From the NCBI RefSeq assembly GCF_030028105.1, contig NC_092379.1, positions 28,947,821 to 29,011,820 of the forward strand: a stretch of DNA of 64,000 bases, in the 5' to 3' direction. The DNA comes from Mobula birostris. Taxonomy: Eukaryota. The position numbers and the translations under genes were made by a program. Positions 49,900 to 62,849 of the stretch are shown here, piece after piece. Below the pieces are notes generated by a model. It saw only the letters and a list, made by a program, of their open reading frames with translations. It did not search any database and was not told the DNA's origin. Numbering within the stretch: position 1 is the stretch's first letter; each line of letters starts with the position of its first letter.

Positions 49900-51850
49900 C
49901 AGTTGAAGGCAATTACGTCACGGCAGGAGCATCAGAGGCTCGGGGGAGTCACGTGCCCGTCCTCTCGAACCAGATTGGTATATCGCCTATGATGTGCCTT
50001 CGACTCGACAGGCGTGTTGGGTCCAGGTCAGCTTCTTAGGGCTTCATTTTTCCCCTCTTACTTTACATAGTGTAGTAGATGACTGTTGTGTTTTCTTCAT
50101 GGCAGATGTTGGAGACCTGAGAGAACCAGAGTCGCCCAGGGAACTACATCTGCAAGGAATGCATCTGGCTGAAGCTCCTTGAAGACCATGGTAGGGATCT
50201 GGAATGACCAGCTCAATGACCTTCGGCTTGTACGGCAGAGCGAGAAGATAATCGATCGGTGTCATAGGGAAGCAGCCACCGCGAAGCTGCAGGAGGCAAG
50301 TGGCTATTGGACTATCAGGGGAAATGGAAATGTGAATAGACAGTTAGCGCAGCGCACCCCTGTCGTCATTCCTGTCAATAGTAAGAATATTTTTCTGCAT
50401 ACCGATATGGGGGATAAAATCCCAGCGGAATGCTAGGGAGACAGGGCTACTGCAACGCAACATTGGTCCGTGCTGCAGATGGGAAAGAGGAGGAAGAAGG
50501 CAGCGGTAGCGATAGGGGATTCAGCAATCATGGGAACAGACAGGAGATTCTGTGGACGTGAGCACAGCACCCTGATGGTATGCTGCCTCCCACATGTCAG
50601 TTTCCAAACGCGTCAACGACATTTTAGAGAGGGAGGAGCAGCATCCAGATGTCATGGTACACATTGGCAACAAACGAAAGAACAGAAAAGAGATCCTGAA
50701 AAGTGTATTTGCAAAGCAAGGAAGAAGACACTAGCAGATGTTGACGGTTACGCGGGATGTGCAGTTATTATTACAAGGCTCAAACAGCCGAAAGAGCTAA
50801 GTCACCTGTACAAGATGAACTGCAACCTCAGGTTCTGAAAGAAGTAGTGGTAGAGATTCTGGCGATATTATGAATGATCTTTCAAAATTATTGGTCTGTG
50901 GCATGGTGCCAGAGGAATGTAAAATTGGAAACAACACTCTACTCTTTAAGAAAAGAAGAAATTACAGACCTGTTAGCCTGATCTCAGTGGTTGGGAATAT
51001 GTTGGGTTCAATTGTTAAGGCTGAAGTTTCGGTCTATTTGGTGACACAGGACCAGACAGGAGAAAGGCAGCTTGGTTTCCTTATGGAAAATATTGCCTGA
51101 CAATCATGTTGGAATTATTTGAAGAGACTACACTTAAGTCAGATAAAGCGGGTGCAATGGATGTTGTCTGTGAGCAGTTTCATAAGGACTTTGCCAAGGT
51201 GCCAAATATGAGGATGCTTACCAAGTTAAGAACCTATAATTTTACAGGAACGTTACTGGTATGGTGTCAGGGGGTCGAGAATACAAGAGTAGGGATGTCA
51301 TGCTGACGCTTAAAGGCACTGGTGAGGCCTCACTTTCAGTATTGTGAACAGTTTTGGGCTCCTCATTGAAAAAAAATCTGTCCTCATGGATGATTCCAGT
51401 AATGCAAGTGTTATATATTTATGAGTCTGTGTCCGTTGGAATTTTGAAGGATGACCGGGATCTCACTGAATCCTTTCGAATGTTGACAGTCCTAGACAGA
51501 GTAGATGTGTGAAGGATGTTTCATATGGTGGGGTAGTCCAGGACAAGAGGGCAAAGCCGCAGGCGAGACGGGCGTCAATTTAATACAGAGCTGCGGAGAA
51601 ATTCCATCAGCGAGAGTGTGGTGAATCGGTTGCATTTATTAGCACGGACAAATGTGGAGGTCAGGTGGTTGGGTATACTTTAAGCAGAGCGTGATATGTT
51701 TTCAACTGGCCACGATATCAAAGTTCCGAAGTGAAGGCCGGTAGTGGGGCTGAGGAAGGGTCAATCGATCGGCCGTGATTTAAGGACGGAGCATATTCGA
51801 TGGGCCAAACGCCCTAATTCTTCTGCTAAGTTTTATGGTCTTATGGTCTT
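49900..51850 (+). mobile_element. Degenerate CR1 (ORF1 zinc-finger/esterase part joined by deletion to RT and 3' end)
   Basis: YICKEC..L.LLEDHGRDLE; AVAIGDSAIMGTDRRFCGRE..MVCCLP; NYRPVSLIS; KDFAKVP; ALVRPHFQYCEQFW. Confidence 0.75.
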
Positions 51851-52100
51851 TCGCTCTCTTTCCAAATGGGCAAGGCTTAGCAGACTTTTAATTCTTCGCT
51901 CTCGACCATTCTCGCGCGTCTTGTTCTTACTGTATCCTTACCAGGAGATGTCTCCTTTCCCTCTTTGTCTCTCTTAATCACTCTTATCACCTGTTTCTTC
52001 TCCTTTCTGACCATTCTCTGTACCCTGCCCTTTCCATTTCTCTTTTTTTTGTCCTACACTTTTCTCTCTGACTTTCGTTCACTCACTTTCCCTTCCTCTT

Positions 52101-52131
<31 letters not shown>

Positions 52132-52133
52132 AC

Positions 52134-52173
<40 letters not shown>

Positions 52174-52692
52174 ACTCTATCTATCTCCTCCCTCTTTTGC
52201 ACGGATTCCCTGTGGAAGTTCCTAAATGGCAAACATTTATGCACGCATCGGTATATTCCTCCTTAAATGAAACTGCTACTGGGGTTTCTGGGTGTATTGT
52301 AGCTCTTGTCGCCCTGCCCCTTCGCCCCCTTGTAGCCTCTGAGCAGGGAGGTTGTGTTGTCTCCTCGCACCTCAAGACAGGGAGTTATTCGATGTTGAGT
52401 AGGATGCAGTGAGCCACGGGCACTCTTCTTTCCATGCGCCCATTGTACGCAGGGATCTGGTCTGTCCAGATCGGCTAGCGCACCGTATTAGGGAGGGCTG
52501 ATCATGCAAATATGCATAGCGGAACCCGGCACAAAACCACTGATGATATTTGAATCCAAGCAGTGGCCATTTCATGTCCAAACGAAATGAAATCTTCACC
52601 GATGTAGTTTGCTACTGAATTTCACTCTCGTAAGTTAACCGCGTGATTCTTGCAAATATTTGGGTGCGCCACTTCGAATTTTCTAGCAGGAC

Positions 52693-52706
52693 CCGCCCTC
52701 TAGCGA
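52693..52706 (-). promoter_or_regulatory. Isolated strong CTCF-like motif TCGCTAGAGGGCGG
   Basis: Close match to the CTCF core; same orientation as the RSS-linked motifs. Confidence 0.45.
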
Positions 52707-53334
52707 CGGTTCAGTGCATCACACCTCGCACAGACTGTCTTTTAAACATAAATTCACTTTGAAAAATGACCATTACTCACAGCCCGGGAATGCAATGACC
52801 AAAATACTATTTGCATTCTCTATCACGCTAAACATCTGCAGGATCTGCCGCATTATCTGAACACTCAGTTTAAATCATAAGTAGACACTGCAATAGCCTC
52901 AATTTCAGCAGCGTGGCGCGTGCTGTTCTTTGTCAAACTAAAAACAACGAATTTGCCCACGCTCTGTTTTCCCTTAGCGAACCACTGACCAACTTAAATA
53001 TATTACAGTTCCACTCCATCCTATTGCTTCTCCATGCAGAACCTCAAAAAATGTGGCCGAAGGCGACGTCATACTAGGTTGCCAATCGCGATATGCTGTT
53101 GCAGCAAAGAGGGTGGGTGAATGCGCATTGCCGTATCCCGGAAATACATTATAAAGATCCAGTTTCGGTTTGCGTTGTAGTCATGAACTGTTCCTTTACC
53201 TTCGCCGCCTTGTGTTGGTGATTGCAGCGCTCTTAGGTAGGGCACGTGACCACGGCTGTTTTCAGTGTGCGCTCTCCCAATTCACCGGCAAAAGACGATC
53301 TCCAATGAGAGAATTTTTTGCTTTATACAGAACC

Positions 53335-53846
53335 AATTTTTGTTCGAGACCCGCCGTCTTCATGCAACGGGTAGTACTCATTGCACAGAGATAGATGCCA
53401 GAGTCCGACACAAGAGCTTTAACGATATTCAATTGAGCGGTCTTGCTGTCTTTGTACAGAGATATACTCCAGAGTCCGGGACAAGAATTCCAGAGATACT
53501 AAAATGAGCTGACTCTGAGTTTGTGCATAACAGCTGTCAACCTCGCCGGACATTCAGAGTCCACGCCACTTTTCCTCATCATAGAGCTTCAGCAGTTTTT
53601 AGGAGATTATCCGCGATGTTTGTCTTAGTTCGTGTGTAACTGCATTTCAGTGCTATCATCTAACTTCCGTCACCCGATAATTCAGTAGCATCCTGATCAC
53701 AGAATTGTACTTTCTCATTCCTGCAATAAAGGACAGAATGCAGTGACTTCCCTGACTTGCACCGAACTGCGCTCTCGCTGGTCATGTGCGCAGCGTCTTA
53801 GCTGTCAGGATGGCGAATAAAACCTATAAGAAACTGAGGGACACAT
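53335..53846 (-). pseudogene. Chimeric V pseudogene: family B leader+V fused at its coding end to the FR3+RSS of a family A V
   Basis: Minus strand reads ..GAC TCT GGA GTA TAT CTC TGT ACA AAG|ACAGCAAGACCGCTCAATTG..; junction ~53450; out of frame; heptamer decayed, nonamer ACAAAAATT. Confidence 0.8.
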
Positions 53847-54569
53847 GCTCCCTCGCTTCAGCCACGCTGGGATCGCAAATCACTTACAACAATTTATCAA
53901 CATGACAGATAACGGAGAGTATAACGTATCAGAAGTATACTGAATGGTGCAAAGCTCAACGGTTGCAAGATAAAACCAGAACAAAGGCTATATGAGCATT
54001 AAGCGGAATCCAGTTACGTTGAAAGACCCTATTTTGCCTTTTCCCACACTATAAATCCCTCTCTCTCTCTCCGTCTCCCTCTGTCTCTTGCCCTCTCTCT
54101 CATTCGTTCACTTTCCTCCCCCCCCCAACTCTACCTCTCTCCATCTACCTATTTAATCTATCTTTCTCTCTATATCTCCGTCTCTCATTCTCTCTCTTTT
54201 GCTCTATCCCTACCGACTTCTCTCTCTGGTTCTCACTCCCGACATTGATTACTCTTTTTCTATTTATCTACATTTTTGAACGCTCGAACAACTCACTCTC
54301 GCTTTCTTTGCCATTCTACCCCTGCTCTATCCTTTTTCACACTATGTCACTCCATACCAACCAGCGTATCCGCGACGATTCCAACGAGTCATCCGCAAAG
54401 TTAGGACTTCCCGCTGTTATCTAACTTATGATTAGCCTTTTAAGTTATTGACTGAATACCTTTCAATCTTCCAGGACCCCGTTGGATATTTCTTTTCAAT
54501 AGCACATTAAATATTTATTCCCATAGACGAAATGGGATTAAATGTTTACCGGACATGGAAGGCACCGGT

Positions 54570-54965
54570 TAGAGCAGGCACACATTGCAAGCACTGAGGT
54601 GTCCAGATCCTGTATCGCTGTGGAACGTTGGTGCTGAACTGCGCAAAGCTATTCAGTGGAGTCCGGCACGATGCCCCCGAACTTACTTGAGCGCAACATC
54701 TTTCCCCAGAGACCCGAAATATTATTGGACTTGTCTTCGCGTCGAACAATACAGTGACACGGTCTGCTCTTCCACGGTCTTTCAATCTCTCCTTTTGGGG
54801 TTCACAACATCTTCCAACTCGTCCCTTTAACAGGCCCCGACTGTAGAGGGGCGACAGAACGCACTGACCCTGCAGGACGCGCTCCGACCGATTAGATGGA
54901 TTCACCAAGCAGAGTAGTCGATACAAAGACCATCCAGGGGTGGTTGTAGCGGGAACATCATACAT
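54570..54965 (-). pseudogene. Degenerate V relic, family C (C4)
   Basis: Paralog of C1/C2 with an internal deletion; ends DTSVLAMCA. Confidence 0.55.
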
Positions 54966-55493
54966 TGAATAAAGTAAACAGAGAATGATTTGAAGATGTT
55001 TCTCCGATAAAAGAGAAGTTATTCAAGTGAGGACAATCAGAAATTTGGGGCACTCGGCGCTTTCATTTCAAAGTATATGTGGATTTTATTTCTAAATGCA
55101 GGGTTGATACTAACCACAGGACGGTGTGGCGTTAATTGACTCACCTGTCCCCCCACCGCTCCCCACCCCCTTCGTCTCTGTCACTGTCTGATCTCTCTCT
55201 CTGTCTCTTTGTCTCAGTCCATCACTTCTGACTCCGCAACTCCGATTATCCTCCGAATCGTCTCCGTCCGTATCTCCCTCACTCACTGTCACTGTCAAGT
55301 GGATGTGAAGGTGTTTATTCTTTGCATTCTTTTAGTGTTTCACTTTCTACTACCTCGATAAGCTGTTTAATTAATGCATCTGTTAAATCCCAGTCAATAC
55401 AATCATCCGACAAGAATAAACAAACATATGTAGCAAAATGCCCCACGTGGTGATAACATCAGATCTGTCAAATCTGTTTGGGAAACCAGATGA

Positions 55494-58365
55494 CATAGAA
55501 CATAGAATTGTACAGCACAGTACAGGCCCTTCGGCCCACAATGTTGTGCCAACCCTCAAACCCTGTCTCCCATATGCGCCCCCACCTTAAATTCCTCCTT
55601 ATACCTGTCTAGCAGTCTCTTAAACTTCACTAGTGTATCTGCCTCCACCACTGACTCAGGCAGTGCATTCCACGCACCAACCACTCTCTGAGTAAAAAAC
55701 CTTCCTCTAATATCCCCCTTGAATTTCCCAGACCTTACCTTAAAGCCATGTCCTCTTGTATTGAGCAGTGGTGCCCTGGGGAAGAGGCGCTGGCTATCCA
55801 CTCTATCTATTCCTCTTATTATCTTGTACATCTCTATCATGTCTCCACTCATCCTCCTTCTCTCCAAAGAGTAAAGCCCTAGCTCCATTAATCTTTGATC
55901 ATAATGCATACATTCTAAACCAGGCAGCATCCTGGTCAATCTCCTCTGTACCCTTTCCAGTGCTTCCACATCCTTCCTATAGTGAGGGGACCAGAACTGG
56001 ACACAGTACTCCAAGTGTGGCCTAACCAGAGTTTTATAGAGCTGCATCATTACATCGCGATTCTTAAACTCTATCCCTCGACTTATGAAATTTAACAACC
56101 CATAAGCTTTCTTAACTACCCTATCCACCTGATGAGGCAACTTTCAGGGATCTGTCGACATGTACTCCGAGATCCCTCTGCTCGTCTACGCTACCAAGTA
56201 TCCTGCCATTTACTTTCTACTCTGCCTTGGAGGTTTGTCCTTCCAAAGTGTACCGCCTCACACTTCTCGGGGTTGGACTCCATCTGCCACTTTTCAGCCC
56301 ACTTCTGCATCGTATTAGTGTCTCTCTGCAAACTTTGACAATCCTCTACACTATCTATAACTCCACCAACCTTTGTATCGTCTGCATACTTGCCAACCCA
56401 CCCTTCTACCCCCACATCCAGGTCGTTAATAAAAGTCACGAAAAGTAGAGGTCCCAGAACAGATCCTTGTTGGACACCACTAGTCACCATCCTCCAATCT
56501 GAATGTACTCCCTCCACCACCACCCTCTGCCTTCTGCAGGCAAGCCAATTTTGAATCCACCTGGCCAAACTTCCCAGTATCCCATGCCTTCTGATTTTCT
56601 GAATAAGCCTACCGTGTGGAACCTTGTCAAATGCCTTACTAAAACCCATATGGATCACATCCACTGCACTACCCTCATCTATATGTCTGGTCACCTCCTT
56701 AAAGAACTCTATCAGGCTTGTTAGACACGATCTGCCCTTCACAAAGCCATGCTGACGTGTTGCTGATCAGACCATGTTTCTCTAAATGCCTATAGATCCT
56801 ATCTCTAAGAATTTTTTCCAACAACTTTCCCACCACAGACCTAAGGCTCACTGGTCTATAATTACCCGGACTATCCCTACTACCTTTTTTGAACAAGGGG
56901 ACAACATCCACCTCCCTCCAATCCTCCAGTACCATTCCCGTAGACAACGAGGGCATAAGGATCCTAGCCAGAGGCTCAGCAATCTCTTATTTCGCCTCGT
57001 GGAGCAGCCTGGGGAATATTCCGTCAGGCCCCGGGGACTTATCCGTCCTAATGTATTTTAACAACTCCAACACCTCCTCACCCTTAATATCAACATGCTC
57101 CAGAACATCAACCTCACTCATTTTGTCCTCAACATCATCAAGTTCCCTCTCATTGGCGAATACCGAAGATAAGTATTCATTGAGGACCTCGCTCACTTCC
57201 ACAGCCTCCAGGCACATCTTCTCACCTTTATCTCTAATCGGTCCTACCTTCACTCCTGCCATTCTTTTTTTCTTCATGTAATTGAAGAATGCCTTGGGAT
57301 TTTCCTTTACCATACTCGCCAAGACCTTCTCATGCCCCTTCTTGCTCTTCTCCGCCCCTTTTAATCCTCTTTCTTGCTTCCCTATATTCCTCAATAGACC
57401 CAGCTGATCCTTGCTTCCTAAACCTCATGTATGCTGCCTTCTTCCACCTGACTAGATTTTCCACCTCACTTGTCACCCATGGTTTATTCACCCTACCATT
57501 CTTTATCTTCCCCACCCGGACAAATTTATCCCTAACATCCCGCAGGAGATCTCTAAACATAGACCACATGTCCATAGTACATTTCCCTGCAAAAACATCA
57601 TCCCAATTCACACCCGCAAGTTCTAGCCTTGTAGCCTCATAATTTGCCTTTCCCCAACTAAAAATTTTCCTGTCCTCTTTGATTCTATCCTTTTCCATGA
57701 TAATGCTAAAGGCCAGGGAGCGGTGGTCACTGTCCCCCAGATGCTCACCCACTGAGACATCCGTGACCCGACCCGGTTCATTCCCTAGTACTAGATCTAG
57801 TATGGCATTCCCCCTAGTCGGCCTGTCAACCTACTGTGACAGAAATCCGTCCTGGACACACTTAACAAACTCTGCCCCATCTAACCCCTTGGAACTAATC
57901 AGGTGCCAATCAATATAAGGGAAGTTAAAGTCACCCATGATAACAACCCTGTTATTTTTGCATCTTTCCAAAATCTGCCTCCCAATCTGCTCCTCTGTAT
58001 CTCTGCTGCTACCAGGGGGCCTTTCGAATACCCCCAATAGAGTAAGTGCTCCCTTCCTGTTCCTGATTTCCACACATATTGACTCAAAAGAGGATCCTGC
58101 TACATTACTCATCCTTTCTGTAGCTGTAATATTATCCCTGACCAGTAATGCCACCCCTCCTCTCCTTTTTTCGCCCTCTCTATCCCTTTTAAAGCACGGA
58201 AATCCCGGAATATTGAGAATCCATTCCTGCCCTGGGACCAGCCAAGTCTCTGTAATGGCCACTACATCATAATTCCATGTATGTATCCAAGCTCTCAGTT
58301 CATTACCTTTGTTCCTGATGCTTCTTGCATTGAGGTACACACATTTCAGCCCTTCTACTAGAGTG
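55494..58365 (-). mobile_element. CR1 LINE, 5'-truncated at the ORF2 start, near-complete disrupted ORF2
   Basis: GLKCVYLNARSIRNK..DVVAITETW (APE EN), KSPGPDG, NYRPVSL, VQQGSVLGPLLF, YADDTK, RPHLEYCVQFWSP; same subfamily as 28677-31600. Confidence 0.92.
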
Positions 58366-59029
58366 ATACAAGCTATCACTCTATTGTGCTCCCATTCCCT
58401 CTCTCCCTCTCTCGCTCTCTTTTCTGCTGAAAATGGCTTCAGAATATAAGTGTATGGGCCGTATACGGTCAAGTATATGTACTTTAATTATAAAGTTATT
58501 TTGAACAGTGAACCTCTTACGCTATCACGCTAAACATTGGCAGGTTCTGTCGCATTATCTAAATACTCAGTATAAATCAATGTAGCTGTTGCAGCATCCT
58601 TCGTGTCAGTAGCATGTCATTACAAATCTTTGTCAATCCGAAGACCACTATTTTCCTACCTGCGTTTTCCTTTTGTCTGCAATTGTCCAAATTAAAAATA
58701 TCCCGCTTCCATTCTCATTATTTCTCGCTGCAGTCATTAGAACAAAGTGTCCATAGACAATGTCAGGCTGTGTTGTCAATCGTGGTATGCAATTGCAGCA
58801 AAAGAGGTTGCGTGAAAGAACATTGCAGTACCCCGGAAATGCATTTCAAAGTTCCAGTTTAGTTGCGCATTGCAATCAGGAACTGCTCCTTTAGATTCGG
58901 CGCCTTGTGCTGCTGATTTCAGCGCTCTTAGGTAGTGCACGTGACCATGGCTGAGTTCTATGTGCGCCCCTTCCAATTTCCCGGAAAAAAGGCGCTCTCC
59001 AGTGATAGCCTTTCTGCATTATACAGAGC

Positions 59030-59456
59030 CAGTTTTATACAGATACAGATTCATGCCAGTATTCGACACAAGGTCTTCAACAAAATGTAATTAAGCCGCC
59101 TAGTTGTCCTTCTGCAACTAGCAATCACTGGGCAATCTAGATACCGCTCTATTATTGCTATGCGATATAACTACAGCAAGCAATTTGGAGATTATCCACA
59201 GTGTTGAATATACAAAAAGATATTTGCATCAGCTTAAGTGTAATTACATTTCAGTGTTATGTTCTGTCCTTTCTCAGCCGTTACGTCGGGAGGATCCTAC
59301 ATCACTGAGTCTTTCCCGTGCGTTCCTGGAATAAAGCTCACAGTAAGTAAACATCGCTGTCATGTATTGACCGCAGGGGAAATTCGCTGTCCACCTTCAC
59401 AGAGACTCACCAGGCAGCACAGTCAATGCAATCCGTAATGAACAGAGGGAAAGCAT
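59030..59456 (-). pseudogene. V pseudogene, family A (A9), RSS heptamer and spacer deleted
   Basis: Leader 59411-59456; TAG at FR1 Gln; 3' end reads GGC ATG AAT CTG TAT CTG TAT AAAACTGG, running straight into the nonamer remnant. Confidence 0.85.
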
Positions 59457-59699
59457 GGTCTCTAATTTCTGTCTGGATCGAACGGCAAATTCCTTCCAGG
59501 ACGTAATTATTACTCAACAGACATTGTGTTGTGCGGTCGTTTTAGGGATAGCTTTCAACTTGTGTAAAACTAGAGGCTTTTCCTGCTCTTCGTATTCGCT
59601 GACATAAAGAACCAAAATCTTTCTGAGCAATAATCAGACTCTACTTCATTTCTATTCATCTTTCTACCCGTTTCTCCCTTCTTTGAAAATCGCACGTGA

Positions 59700-59800
59700 G
59701 CCTCTCTCTCACCCCCACCTTCTTCCTTTCTCTCTCTCCTTCTCTGTCTTTCTCTCTCTCTCTCTACTCTCTCTCTCTCCCCCTTCTTTCTTTCCTCCCT

Positions 59801-59874
<74 letters not shown>

Positions 59875-59878
59875 CCAT
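59700..59878. repeat. Long (CT)n / polypyrimidine tract
   Basis: Directly visible; source of the spurious RERE/SLSL ORFs. Confidence 0.95.
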
Positions 59879-60582
59879 GCTGCTTTGTTTTTTTTTACTG
59901 TTTGGAGGATGTCTGTGGAGGGTATGAATTTCGTGATGTGTATTGTGCACATTCTCTGATTTTAAATGGAACCATTGAAGCATGCTGGATAGGTTTTTCG
60001 CTGTACCCTGGTACATCAGAAAAAGAAACAAAAACATAATGAACATTAATCAGTTTGGGGAAATTGTGAGGGTCTGCAAAGTGAAGGAACATATCAGGCT
60101 GTCCCACAGCTCATAGAATATCGATTGAGCGGAAAAATAGAGTTGATGGAATGCACAATACCCACCTTTCAGTGCGGTGATATCTGGTGGCATGTCACCA
60201 GGGATCCTGTTCGGTTCCGACATTCGATTCGATCAGCAGATACCTGTGTGCTCAGTTTCCACATTTCCCGTATTATCATGTTGTCTACGTCCCGCAAAAG
60301 ATGCTCTGGGTAGCATTTCTCCTGATCGAAGTGTCACTGAGGTACGTGTAAAGAGGAATTTGCGAAAGTTGGAAAGGTAAATCTGTGAACCATTCGAACA
60401 TAATATATAGGAACAGAATTAGGTGATTTGTCCGTTCGAGTCTGCTCCGCCATTTCAGATGAGACAGTGTGGTAATGGCATTTTTCGAAACGGTAAACGT
60501 ACCATTAAACGGAGAGTTTCGGAAATTCGATATATAGCTTTGGAAACAGATGCAATAAATGTCTGTTCCTTTGACAGTCACT

Positions 60583-61710
60583 GGGAAATCTGCAGATATT
60601 GGAAATTCAAGCAACACACACAAAAAATGCTGGTGAACACAGCAGGCCAGGCAGCATCTATAGGAAGAGGTACAGTCGACGTTTCGGGCCGGTAACCTAC
60701 GGCATATTAACTGAAAGAAGTGATAGCAAGAGATTTGAAAGTGGAGAGGGAGGGAGAGATCCGAAAGGATAGGAGGAGAAGAGGGGGGCGGCGTGGATCT
60801 AAGAGCTGGAAAGTTGATTAGCAAAGGGACACCAGACTGGAGATAGGAGAGGATCATGGGACGGTAACCCTGGGGAGAGAGAGAAGGGGGAAGGGGAGCC
60901 GGAGGGTGGAGTGCAGGCAAGGAATTATAGTGAGAGGGACAGAGGGAGAAAAAAGAGAGAGGGAAAGAAAAAAGGAGAGGAATCAAACAGGTATTAAATA
61001 AATAAATAAGGTCTGGTGTGTTAAGGGGATAGGGGGCATTAACGGAAGTTGGAGAAGTCAATATTCATGCCATCAGGTTGGAGGCTACCCAGACGGAATA
61101 TAAGGTGTTGTTCCTCCAACCTGAGTGTGGCTGCATCTTAACAGTGGAGGACCGTTGACAGACATATCGCAATGGGAATGGGACGAGGAATTAAAATGTG
61201 TGTCCACTGGGAGATTCTGCTTTCTCTGGTGGACAGAGCGTAGGTGTTCAGCGCAGCGGTCTCTCAGCCTGCGTCGTGTCTCGCCAATATATAGAAGGGG
61301 CAGCACCGGACGCAGTATATCACGCCAGCCGAATCACAGGTGAAGTGTCGACTCATCTCAAAGGACTGTCTAGGGCCCTGAATGGTGGTAAGGCGGGGAG
61401 TGGAAAGGCATGTGTAGCACAGGTTCCGCTAACAAGGATGAGTGCCGGGAAGGAGATCGGTGGGAAGGAATTGGGGGCCGGGGAAACTAATGATCAAAGG
61501 AGTTGCGTAGGGAGCGATCCCCGCGAAAGCAGAAAGGTGGAGGGTGGGGGAGGGAAAGATATGCTTGGTAGTGCGATACCGTTGGAGGTGGCAGAAGTTA
61601 CGGAGAATTATATGTTGCACCTGGAGGCTGGTGGGCTGGTGGGTAAGGACAAGGGGAACCCTATTCCTAGTGGGTTGGAGGGAAGATGGGGTAAGTGCAG
61701 GTGTGCGTGA
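60583..61710 (-). mobile_element. Penelope-like element fragment, paralog of 112-1258
   Basis: ORF 61085-61306(-) LLYIGETRRRLRDRCAEHLRSVH..PVDTHFNS (GIY-YIG); flanked by ACAGTCA direct repeats. Confidence 0.85.
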
Positions 61711-62849
61711 AACAGTCATCAACAGTAATAGGTTGTTCTCTCTATGTGTCTCTTCCATCGGAGGGAAAACACTAAAGTGGAAAAGCAGGTTCCAGTGTGC
61801 ACAAGTATACATTCTAACCGATTATAAGAGTATTAACTGTGGATTGAAATTGAATCTCAATCCCAATCCACCAGGGTCTGATCATGTTCTTTATTTGATG
61901 GCTGCGCAGCGTTTATATACGTCTGTTACACTTTGTTTATATTGTTTTATTATTTTACTTTGTACTACCGCGAAAGGCAGTGCAGCTAATTCTTCTGCAA
62001 TAACTGAATCGATGCAATTATAGGACAATAATAAACACATTCCGTTCGCAATCAAGGTACATACACCAAAATACTCCATGTGGTGATTACATCGGATCCG
62101 TTAAATCTGGTTGGGAAACCAGATTATACAAGTTATCACTCTGTTGTGATCCCATTTCCTCTCTTCCTTTCTCGCTCTTTCATTCTGAATATGACTTCAA
62201 AATATGAGTCTTAGCGTAGTATGCGGTCGCCTATATGTATTTTAACCAAAAGTTAATTTCAACACTGAACCTCTTGCACACAGCACGGGAATACACCGAC
62301 GAACATAGTATCTGCATCTCTATCACGCTAAACATCTGCAGGTTCTGTCGGATTATCTAAGCACTCCGTATAAACCATGGATAGCTGTTGTATCTTCCTT
62401 AATTTCAGTGGGTTGTTAATTTCTGGGTTTCGTCAGCATGCCGCTTTCAATTCTTTGTCATTCTGGAAAACACAGTTTTGCCACCCTCTGTTTTCCATTG
62501 ACCACTTTAAATATATTCCGGTGCCACTCTGTCCGTATTATTTTTCCTTGCAAACAAACGAACAAACTGGCCAAAGACAATGTCAGACAAGGCTGTCAAT
62601 CGTTCTATACCCTTACAGGAAAAGAAGATGGGCGAATGCACATTGCGTTATTCAGGAAATGAATTGTAAATTTCCAGTTCGGTTGCGCCTTGCAATCAGA
62701 AATTGTTCCTTTAGATTCGGTGCCTTGTGCTGCTGCTTACAGAGCTCTTAGGCATGGCACGTGACCATGGACGATTTCCGGGTGCGCCCCTTCCAGATTC
62801 GCCGCGAACAGGCGCCCTCCTGTGAGAGCTTTGTGCATCATACAGGACT

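Noticed and set aside
59198-59221. Plus-strand CACAGTG followed by ACAAAAAGA inside pseudogene A9
   Set aside because: Spacer is 8 bp, not 12 or 23; arises from mutated FR2 sequence.
59570-60046. Long RERE/SLSL-rich ORFs (also 11019-11391, 18481-18734, 37839-38228)
   Set aside because: Translations of (CT)n/(GA)n microsatellites.
62225-62345. Minus-strand KLTFG and V-like fragments in the spacer 3' of family A genes (also ORF 8943-9164)
   Set aside because: No FGxG, no 12-RSS or donor; similarity too short and not consistent across copies.
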